Shown piece by piece: positions 23,272 through 30,364 of a DNA stretch of 30,364 bases (position 1 is its first letter; the number at the start of each line of letters is the position of its first letter). The stretch lies in IMG/VR virus record IMGVR_UViG_3300028805_000355; one strand, given 5' to 3'. The notes below the pieces were generated by a model. The model searched no databases. It was not told where the DNA came from and saw nothing but the letters and a program-made list of their open reading frames with translations. Source of the stretch: a virus. The position numbers and the translations under genes were made by a program.

Positions 23272-24611
23272 ATAATATGGGAATCGTTGGAGTTACCAGT
23301 GATGGACAGTTACCCTTAATGGGTACTATGGACGATGTCTTCTCCTATTCTTGGGGAAAGGACATCAACACATTCGAAAAGAACAAAGGAGCAGGATCTG
23401 TCGGTATTGATACCGCAGGCGCAATGAACGCCATCTACGGTCCTTACCTTATGAACCTTGCTTACAACCAGCACAATACAATGGCCGCAATGGGTCAGAT
23501 GCCTTACAAGACTGGTAGGAGGTTCCAAGCGGACCTTTCACTTGCTCAGACCGCATCTACTGGTGTGGTTCGCGGTGGATTCGCACCCCAGCCCACCTTC
23601 GGTGTGTACGAGCAGGTTGAGATGCCTTACAAGGTGAACGCAAAGAGGCAGGCAATGAACCTCGGTTACACCGACATTGGAGACAAATCCATTGACGATG
23701 TTATGACTTGGGAAGACTTCTTCGCACAGGAGGGTAAGACTTGGCTCTGGTCTATGAACAACGACATTCTTAGGCCCGTTACTTCCGCAAGGCTTGTCGG
23801 ACAGGGTTCCGCCAGCGATGGAGGAATCTCTTCAACCGCTACCGACCCTCTCTACGGACAGAGGACCGAGTACATCGGATATGAGTCAATCGACAGGATT
23901 ATCTCTAACTACACCGAGGGAGGATTCATCAACGGAAACTCTGCAACTTCCGTTCTTAACGTACCTTGGGCCCTTGACAAGCAGATGCCCTCTACCGACT
24001 CTGCAGCAGCCCTTGCAAAGTACAGGAACCCCGCAGTAACTGGTGCAGTCGCAACCAACAACTTCAACTGTTATGTTGACGAGAACTACACTCAGGGAAC
24101 AACCGCAGGCGCAGCTACTCTTAGGCAGCTTGACCTTGCAATGCTTGACAAACTGTTCATATCCTGTATGCCCTTCTGGGACCAGAACTCAACCCGTGGT
24201 AAGGCACTTATCACCCGTTATGATACCCTCCAGCACATTCAGACCCTCTTACAGCCCCAGCAGAGGTATCTCGGCTTTGTCGCTGCACAGGTTGATGTGA
24301 ATGGTGTCAAGACCGTAGAAGGTCAGAACACTGGATTCCAGGTCTCTACCTACAACGGAGTACCCCTTCTTCCCGACCTTATGGTCAACGGAGGAACTGT
24401 CGGAGGATCCTACGCGGACGGTGTCGGAGATATCTTCCTTATCGACTCTGACATTGTTTCAAAGGGTGTTATCCAAGCACCTGTTGTCGAGATCTCCCAG
24501 AACCCCATTATGACTGGAAGGTACACCCGTCTCTGCGATATGCACGAGATTGGTGAGGTCCAAGTCAAGGGGGCCTTTAGGGGACTCGGTAAGGTGAAAC
24601 ACATCCAGTGA
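23268..24611 (+). CDS. Major capsid protein
   Basis: 447-aa ORF directly after protease/scaffold; ISQNPIMTGRYTRLCDMHEIGEVQVKGAFRGLGKVKHIQ terminus; position. Confidence 0.8.
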   Translation: MNNMGIVGVTSDGQLPLMGTMDDVFSYSWGKDINTFEKNKGAGSVGIDTAGAMNAIYGPYLMNLAYNQHNTMAAMGQMPYKTGRRFQADLSLAQTASTGVVRGGFAPQPTFGVYEQVEMPYKVNAKRQAMNLGYTDIGDKSIDDVMTWEDFFAQEGKTWLWSMNNDILRPVTSARLVGQGSASDGGISSTATDPLYGQRTEYIGYESIDRIISNYTEGGFINGNSATSVLNVPWALDKQMPSTDSAAALAKYRNPAVTGAVATNNFNCYVDENYTQGTTAGAATLRQLDLAMLDKLFISCMPFWDQNSTRGKALITRYDTLQHIQTLLQPQQRYLGFVAAQVDVNGVKTVEGQNTGFQVSTYNGVPLLPDLMVNGGTVGGSYADGVGDIFLIDSDIVSKGVIQAPVVEISQNPIMTGRYTRLCDMHEIGEVQVKGAFRGLGKVKHIQ

Positions 24612-24643
24612 GTATTTATATACTCAGGGGGGTTTATCCCCCC
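24610..24643 (+). promoter_or_regulatory. Palindromic TATA element plus G6/C6 hairpin downstream of the major capsid gene
   Basis: GAGTAT-TTAT-ATACTC (24610-24625) followed by GGGGGG-TTTAT-CCCCCC (24627-24643). Confidence 0.6.
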
Positions 24644-24679
24644 ATCCATTTCACAATAAATCTAATGGAGTGAATAACT

Positions 24680-24916
24680 ATGGCAGACGATGACCCTGTG
24701 ACTACATTCAAGATTATTACCCCCGCAGTTGGCGGAGGACTTGGAGACAAGAAAGTCGAAATCATCAAGTTCGACGGAACTACTGGAGTGACCAACTTCA
24801 AATCCGTTCCAATCTTTATGTGTTCCGACGCAGGTGCAGTTTCTTATAACGCAGAGACTGGTACTGTTACTGTTGCATCAGCAGGTGCAACTGCAATGTT
24901 CGTCTTCAAGGGATAA
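24680..24916 (+). CDS. Possible decoration/head accessory protein
   Basis: 78-aa ORF immediately after the major capsid gene. Confidence 0.45.
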   Translation: MADDDPVTTFKIITPAVGGGLGDKKVEIIKFDGTTGVTNFKSVPIFMCSDAGAVSYNAETGTVTVASAGATAMFVFKG

Positions 24917-24940
24917 ACGTTTTACATTAAAGGTGACACT

Positions 24941-26116
24941 ATGACAACAATTATATACCCCGGCGAGAATTGGACATACAAATTAAATGATATGGCTGAG
25001 ACCTCTGAGGATTATATCGTTGATGGTGTCACCATCATTTCACTTTCAAACAAGAATAAACTCAAACTCACTGCCAGCCTTAATGCTGGCGATAAACTCA
25101 TATTATCATCTTATTTCGAGGATGGGATCTCCATCAATGAGGATAATATGCTTGTAATCAACACTAAAACAACCGTTCCCCCATCCGTATTCAAAGCATT
25201 CAGAGTTTATTTAGAGGATTATGATGGGAACGTTGCTACATATTCACTCGACAATGATATGGTAGGAAAGGAGCAGATTATCCTTACCGATGCATTTGTC
25301 AAGACATCTAAAGATTTCAACCCCTCTTTCATTACAAGAGTGGGATTCATTTTCGATAATCCGAAGGATACTCGCAATCTTATGTTCATCCTTTCGGATA
25401 TGCACACTGTATATCGTGTCAAGCCTACCTATGCCCAGCCAGAAGAGGTTATCGAACTTCTTGGAATGGTAGATAATAAGGGAGAATTATTTAAACTTAC
25501 TGATACATCAGTTCCCTCATATAATGCTATTGCCAAGCGTATCTGCGAAGCCGAGGAGTTTATGGAAAACGCTTGCAGGAATGCGTGGACCGAGAGGAGG
25601 ACTGTCGGAGAGATTAGGAATGCAGATGCGGTTTGGACTGCATCCTTCGGATATCTGGGTATATTGGCATCCGATACTATGGAGAACGGAACACAGATGT
25701 TCTTCAAGGGAATCCCTGTCAAACTCACCAGAGACAACATTCATAAAATCGATTATACCAAAGGAGATAAGGTCGAAGTCCGTAGGTACGGTAGTGAATG
25801 GATGGAAGTACCTCAGAATGCCGTATGGTGTGACGAACAAAAGGGAATCATCTATGTAAAGACGATATTCTTCCAGAAGGATGCATCTGTACGTGTGACT
25901 TACAGATACGGTAAGGGCCCTTGCCCTGGCGATATCAAATTAGCGGTTCTTTACAAGGTCGCAATGATTATTGTCGGTACAGATTGGTACAGGCAGAGGT
26001 TCCCCCAGTCCCCTATGTTCGACCCTCTCAAACAGGAAACACTCAACCAATGGGTGTGGGCCATCAAAGATGCGATCCGGGCACACACCGATGTTATATC
26101 TTGTGGGTGTATGTGA
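24941..26116 (+). CDS. Head-tail connector-region protein
   Basis: 391 aa; C-terminal helical portion AIAKRICEAEEFMENACRNAW and conserved position; family not firmly recognised. Confidence 0.5.
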   Translation: MTTIIYPGENWTYKLNDMAETSEDYIVDGVTIISLSNKNKLKLTASLNAGDKLILSSYFEDGISINEDNMLVINTKTTVPPSVFKAFRVYLEDYDGNVATYSLDNDMVGKEQIILTDAFVKTSKDFNPSFITRVGFIFDNPKDTRNLMFILSDMHTVYRVKPTYAQPEEVIELLGMVDNKGELFKLTDTSVPSYNAIAKRICEAEEFMENACRNAWTERRTVGEIRNADAVWTASFGYLGILASDTMENGTQMFFKGIPVKLTRDNIHKIDYTKGDKVEVRRYGSEWMEVPQNAVWCDEQKGIIYVKTIFFQKDASVRVTYRYGKGPCPGDIKLAVLYKVAMIIVGTDWYRQRFPQSPMFDPLKQETLNQWVWAIKDAIRAHTDVISCGCM

Positions 26117-26120
26117 TATA

Positions 26121-26618
26121 ATGTCCGATACCGCAGACTATGAATTCCAAGGATATTATGATGATGATGCGAGGATGATTCACGATATCCTTGAGCGTGA
26201 GTGGAACGAGGATGAATTGAAGGACAAGGTATTGCTTTATTTCGATGAAACAAAGGACATATCTTCCGTCAATTTCAACACTGGTGAACTTGCAATCAAG
26301 ATTTATGCCGATGATATAACCACTGACCCGATGGGTATAGGTTTCGATTCAATATCTGAGGACAGGGACATAACGCTTGAGATTCGCACTCTTGATAGAG
26401 ATCTGTATATGGGTGCTCTTGACGAGATTATGAGGATATTGGTGAAATATCGTCTTAGGCCCGGCAATACTTGGGACACACTTTGGGTAGACCGTTATGA
26501 AAGAGTATATCCCACGGAGAAATTCTTCCACGGAAGATTCATCATACACTTGAAGAAATATTGTCACACATTACCTCTTGCAAGAGAGAACTGGATTAAT
26601 GGTAATGTGTACTATTGA
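26121..26618 (+). CDS. Head-tail joining/tail completion-like protein
   Basis: MSDTADYEF...; start 26121 chosen after the TGA of upstream gene; located before tail tube gene. Confidence 0.45.
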   Translation: MSDTADYEFQGYYDDDARMIHDILEREWNEDELKDKVLLYFDETKDISSVNFNTGELAIKIYADDITTDPMGIGFDSISEDRDITLEIRTLDRDLYMGALDEIMRILVKYRLRPGNTWDTLWVDRYERVYPTEKFFHGRFIIHLKKYCHTLPLARENWINGNVYY

Positions 26619-26738
26619 GTGAAATATAATAAGTATTTATATTTCTCGTTTTGTATATATCTATTCATCCTATATATTTATATAGGGGGACATATATATG
26701 TTTGAGTTCAGAACGAAAGAAATCACGGGGGTTGCTGA

Positions 26739-28073
26739 ATGAGCGGCTACCGTGTAATGGCCGGGTGCGGAGTCATCCCCAGAGATATGACCAAATCTGG
26801 GTCTGGGACAGATGTGCCCGATGAAATTCCCAGCACATATGATGATGTGAAGGTGTTATTGCAAAACTACCTCACTAAACGTATCGGTGCTGGTGTGACG
26901 ATGTCCTTATCCAGGACTAGGAACAACAACTACATTCAGGAGATGGGTCTGAGGGAGTTCACCGCAGCAACCTCTGGTAACTATGAGGTAAGTTTCTCTT
27001 TCGACGGGATTTTCTCACCTAAGTTGTGCATCCCCTCCACTCCCCACGATACTACTGCGGATCCCTTCGAGGGTTGGCTTGCATATGCATTTATGATGGG
27101 GAAGGACAACAAGGCAGAATCCTTTATCCTCAGTTCCATTGTGACAACCACAGCCTACTCCGATGCAGCCTGCACTACTGCATATTCTGGGTCAGATGAT
27201 GGTGCTACGGTGTATCTTGCACAGGGTAGTGGAACCACGATGAAGAAGTTCGGTCAACCCGTTCTGTACAAGGATTTCAATACATATAACACCTTTGCGA
27301 ATGCGACTGGCAAGACCGTGACTTTATTCGGTTACACAAATCTTACAGGACCTAAATATTTCGACATAGGTTATCAAAAGATTAACTCTCACGCATCTGG
27401 TGTGGGTAAATACGATGGTCTCGATGAAATCGGTGTGCTTATCGGTTGCGTGATTGACTCAGCATCAATCTCTTACGAATCAGGAAGCGATGCGGGAGTG
27501 AGGTTCAGCATTTCTGGTCACGCGCTCAAGGATGTCGTGAAGATGGTTAACGGGTCAGACTTTGATTATGCTGCTTATCTCGACGCAGTTCCTACGAAGG
27601 TATTCGTCGGAGGTTGTGTTTCGATCTTCAATAACACAGGGTATGATGCGGTTGCACAGACAGATTCCGCGTCCATCAGTATAGGCAACAACATCACCAA
27701 ACTCGGTAATTGTCTGAAACTCAATTACTCCTCATACGCTATGGGTTCGTTGGTGTACGATGTATCAACATCTACTTACAGTAATGACCCCAACAAATAC
27801 CTCAAATACCTTTATGGGTATGCTGAGAATTTCGCTGACGGTGGAACATATTACATCGGTAAACAGCCCGTTCCCATCGGACATATGAAAATCCGCACGG
27901 ATGATACCTCCGCAAGACAAGAGACTGCAACTATGTTTATGGACATCAATATGACCGATGTCTATGTCGGAGATATGAGTAATTCCTACTCCGTGGACAC
28001 GGCCATTATGGATGAACCCTCACTCAGACCTCAGAAGGTCTACGTGGCTGTGGGTTATACCGAGTCTTCTTGA
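26739..28073 (+). CDS. Major tail (tube) protein
   Basis: 444 aa, Ser/Thr/Gly-rich beta-type composition, immediately upstream of frameshifted chaperone pair and tape measure. Confidence 0.7.
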   Translation: MSGYRVMAGCGVIPRDMTKSGSGTDVPDEIPSTYDDVKVLLQNYLTKRIGAGVTMSLSRTRNNNYIQEMGLREFTAATSGNYEVSFSFDGIFSPKLCIPSTPHDTTADPFEGWLAYAFMMGKDNKAESFILSSIVTTTAYSDAACTTAYSGSDDGATVYLAQGSGTTMKKFGQPVLYKDFNTYNTFANATGKTVTLFGYTNLTGPKYFDIGYQKINSHASGVGKYDGLDEIGVLIGCVIDSASISYESGSDAGVRFSISGHALKDVVKMVNGSDFDYAAYLDAVPTKVFVGGCVSIFNNTGYDAVAQTDSASISIGNNITKLGNCLKLNYSSYAMGSLVYDVSTSTYSNDPNKYLKYLYGYAENFADGGTYYIGKQPVPIGHMKIRTDDTSARQETATMFMDINMTDVYVGDMSNSYSVDTAIMDEPSLRPQKVYVAVGYTESS

Positions 28074-28083
28074 TAAACTTTAT

Positions 28084-28115
28084 ATACTCCGAGGGCATTA
28101 ATACTCTCGGAGTAT
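28084..28115 (+). promoter_or_regulatory. Inverted repeat ATACTCCGAG...CTCGGAGTAT beside/within TATA-like sequence
   Basis: 10-bp perfect arms 28084-28093 and 28106-28115, flanked by TTTAT and AAACT. Confidence 0.6.
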
Positions 28116-28126
28116 AAACTCATTAG

Positions 28127-28525
28127 GTGAAAACTATGGCTAAAACATTCATTCCTAAGGTAAATCACAAGGATATCGACCTTTCTCTTTGGGGTGGAGA
28201 GGGAACACTCAGGCTTAAAGCAATGTCTGGATCCACTTCTGCAAGACTCACTGAGGAATTAATCAAACGCGGAAAACAGGAAGGATTCACCATCGAACAG
28301 ATTCAGGCACATCCCGAGGAATTCGATGCGATGTTCAACGTTCCTATGGCGATGATTGCCGTTCAACTCTGTGCGGAAGTACAGGACGATTTCGGTGTAT
28401 GGAGAAAACTGACTGAGGAAGAAGTGGAGGATATTCCTACAAACTTCCTTGCTTATCTCTTTGAGGAATTACAGGGGATGAATGAGTTCCCTTTACCTCA
28501 GACCGCTGGGGCGGAGTCGAGTTAA
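28127..28525 (+). CDS. Tail assembly chaperone, short product (gpG-like)
   Basis: 132-aa ORF between tail tube and tape-measure genes, ends TAA; contains slippery CCCTTTA at 28489-28495. Confidence 0.78.
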   Translation: MKTMAKTFIPKVNHKDIDLSLWGGEGTLRLKAMSGSTSARLTEELIKRGKQEGFTIEQIQAHPEEFDAMFNVPMAMIAVQLCAEVQDDFGVWRKLTEEEVEDIPTNFLAYLFEELQGMNEFPLPQTAGAESS

Positions 28526-28773
28526 GAGCGATAGAAGCTTATCGCAGAGGGGTTGTCAAAGGCACAGACAATCCTGAAATTCAATACTTAACCGTTAAGG
28601 CTCAGTGGATGATGAACGGAGGTAGGACAGAGGAGGAATGGGAGAACCTTCCCCTGTCTACCGTTAAACTTCTTACAGTCGATTATTTTGCAAAAGAAGA
28701 AAGACAAATAGATATATTCGCGGCTGGGATAGGAAAAGCGTTTAGTCCCAAGGATAAGTCAGGTGGGGTTTAA
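28486..28773 (+). CDS. Tail assembly chaperone frameshift extension (gpT-like), absent from supplied ORF track
   Basis: Frame -1 ORF, no start codon in the overlap: (F)TSDRWGGVELRAIEAYRRGVVKGTDNPEIQYLTVKAQWMMNGGRTEEEWENLPLSTVKLLTVDYFAKEERQIDIFAAGIGKAFSPKDKSGGV*. Confidence 0.75.
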   Translation, partial: VPFTSDRWGGVELRAIEAYRRGVVKGTDNPEIQYLTVKAQWMMNGGRTEEEWENLPLSTVKLLTVDYFAKEERQIDIFAAGIGKAFSPKDKSGGV

Positions 28774-30364
28774 TGGTAGAGCAAAGACCAGCAAGTAATC
28801 GTCAAGTCAGAGATTACAGCATATATCTTGATACGGATAAATTAATACGTAATGTTCGTTTAGATTTACAAGATGTAAACAAGACAATTAGGATATTAGA
28901 AAAAAGGGAATCTAAAAATAAAGATACTATCAAGAAAATTAGCGGATATAGGACAAGAGTAAGTAAGTATTGGAAATTATCAGATTTTAAACGCGGGATT
29001 AATGAATTAAATCGTTTAACTAGAGAGTACGCATCAAATCCTACTATTGAGGGCGCAAGGGCATTAAAAGCTGCAGCGACAGATTTTGAGAATAATATAT
29101 ATCGCGTGCATTCTTTAAGGGTAGCCCAAGCAGGAGCGGTTTTATTAGATCCTTCTGCGCAATCTACTTTTTATTCTAGGGTTGCTGTAGAGTTAGCGAA
29201 CAGACAGATTTCTCGTAGACATTACTTAGATGGCACACCATCGATTTTACAAAACACTGCGTTCCGTAATAAGGTATATGGGTACGGCAGTAAAGGGAAT
29301 GCAGGCCCTGCTCGTATTAAAGTACAAGAACAGGATATATTGAATACTCCTGAAAAGATGGAGCAATTTTTCACAAGTATTTCAAATCCACAAGTTCTTA
29401 GAAATGCCGTTGCTAAATCAGGTACAACCACTCAGGAAACGATGAGTCATACTTATACTGCTCCCAAGAAAGTAGTCAGTGTGTGGGGGCAAAATAGGAC
29501 TCCTTCGACAAATATGTCTGTAGGGGCACACTCATTGTTACTTGGTATGCAAGGGGGCGCACAGGGTGGCACTCCCTCTTCTCAAGTCATACCTATTACA
29601 GGCGGAACGGCGGGTACGCCAAAATCTCCCGCATCTGCGAGTGCGGTAATAAGCGGATTCAATGGACAGGCTTGGGCTACAAAAAGATTCCTTCGTGCGG
29701 AAGCAAGGCGTAATGCATATGCAAATGCTTCTAGTTTCTTTCTTAAACATCAGGGCACAATGCGCCCCACATTTGAAGATCCGCAGTATATAAACGCATC
29801 TAGTTTCTTCCTTAAACATTGGGGCACAATGCGCCCTACATATACCGATCCCGAGTACGCGGATGCGTCTGAATTCTTCAAAGAACACGAAGACACAATG
29901 CGTAATATTGCTCCAGTAAAGAAGAAAGAAGAAAAGGAAAGAAAATCTTTATTGAAATCTATCGAAATCCTCTATCGTCCTTTGATTAATCTTGTCAAAG
30001 GATTAGGTGACATTGCCAAAGAAGCCAAACATATGGAATTGGCAATGAGCAGTCTCGCATCTGCCTTAGGCAATCCCTTTGAGGAGTCTACATTAGCTGC
30101 GATCACCGATTTCGGTGGGGCAGGAGCAAATACGGCTCTCGGCGGTCTTGGTGCAATCGGCGGTACAATCTCATCTGTCGGCGGTGGTATCGGCAGGATG
30201 GCTAACGATACTTGGGGTCTTCGCGGTAAGGGAATAGCATTCGGCGGTGTGCTAACTGCAATATCCGCAGTGATGGGTGTTGTCGGCGGGGCTATTTCAG
30301 CAGTAGCAGGAATAGTCAGTTCTGGATTCGGAATGGCTAATACCCTTCTGAAATCAATCAATAA
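28773..30364 (+). CDS. Tape-measure protein (5' part, runs off window), absent from supplied ORF track
   Basis: ATG overlapping the TAA of the T-like ORF; continuous frame 3 to window end; helical N-terminus, Gly/Ala-rich hydrophobic region GVLTAISAVMGVVGGAISAVAGIV. Confidence 0.8.
   Translation, partial: MVEQRPASNRQVRDYSIYLDTDKLIRNVRLDLQDVNKTIRILEKRESKNKDTIKKISGYRTRVSKYWKLSDFKRGINELNRLTREYASNPTIEGARALKAAATDFENNIYRVHSLRVAQAGAVLLDPSAQSTFYSRVAVELANRQISRRHYLDGTPSILQNTAFRNKVYGYGSKGNAGPARIKVQEQDILNTPEKMEQFFTSISNPQVLRNAVAKSGTTTQETMSHTYTAPKKVVSVWGQNRTPSTNMSVGAHSLLLGMQGGAQGGTPSSQVIPITGGTAGTPKSPASASAVISGFNGQAWATKRFLRAEARRNAYANASSFFLKHQGTMRPTFEDPQYINASSFFLKHWGTMRPTYTDPEYADASEFFKEHEDTMRNIAPVKKKEEKERKSLLKSIEILYRPLINLVKGLGDIAKEAKHMELAMSSLASALGNPFEESTLAAITDFGGAGANTALGGLGAIGGTISSVGGGIGRMANDTWGLRGKGIAFGGVLTAISAVMGVVGGAISAVAGIVSSGFGMANTLLKSIN

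Noticed and set aside
28507-28513. GGGG run (TGGGGCG) as the slippery site for the tail chaperone
   Set aside because: It does not give good re-pairing of both tRNAs in the -1 frame, whereas CCCTTTA at 28489-28495 does.
29972-30361. 129-aa minus ORF, Pro/Ile-rich
   Set aside because: Antisense shadow of the Gly/Ala-rich tape-measure gene on the plus strand.
1-30364. Retron, toxin-antitoxin, CBASS or other canonical defence cassette
   Set aside because: No reverse transcriptase, cyclase, recognisable toxin-antitoxin pair or CRISPR repeats were seen in the translated ORFs; the Cas4-like nuclease sits in a replication operon, not with cas1/cas2.

Overview
The window reads as part of a tailed archaeal virus or provirus. 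Support comes from TATA-box promoters (TTTATATATCTCAG) about 25 nt upstream of start codons, a C1-G72 tRNA-Tyr, U73 tRNA-Thr genes, an archaeal-type RadA, and a complete head/tail module. Left to right it contains: a tRNA and structured-RNA cluster; a leftward operon of tiny proteins (many Cys-rich, plus a Lar-like protein, DUF3310 and dUTPase); terS; an antisense GIY-YIG homing endonuclease; terL; a leftward replication/recombination operon (helicase, Cas4/RecB-like nuclease and others); an AT-rich iteron-like intergenic region; a rightward VapE/D5-like helicase and RadA; and the portal, prohead protease/scaffold, major capsid, connector, tail tube, frameshifted tail chaperone and tape-measure genes. 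The most interesting observations are: (1) a canonical -1 slippery heptamer CCCTTTA inside a 12-codon overlap linking two tail-chaperone ORFs, the second of which has no start codon in the overlap; (2) a single in-frame TAG splitting a GIY-YIG/NUMOD endonuclease in a window where none of about 45 inspected genes ends in TAG, consistent with pyrrolysine-type TAG decoding or strong TAG avoidance; (3) a broken or recoded terminase gene (GGT TAA, with the frame change just after Walker A); (4) tandem D-arm-less tRNA-like elements with variable but complementary closing stems beside five real tRNA genes; (5) a TGGTACA/TGGACA iteron cluster plus 20-bp palindromic repeats, a candidate origin or control region; (6) palindromic TATA boxes and strong hairpins flanking structural genes. 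The host assignment is inference only.
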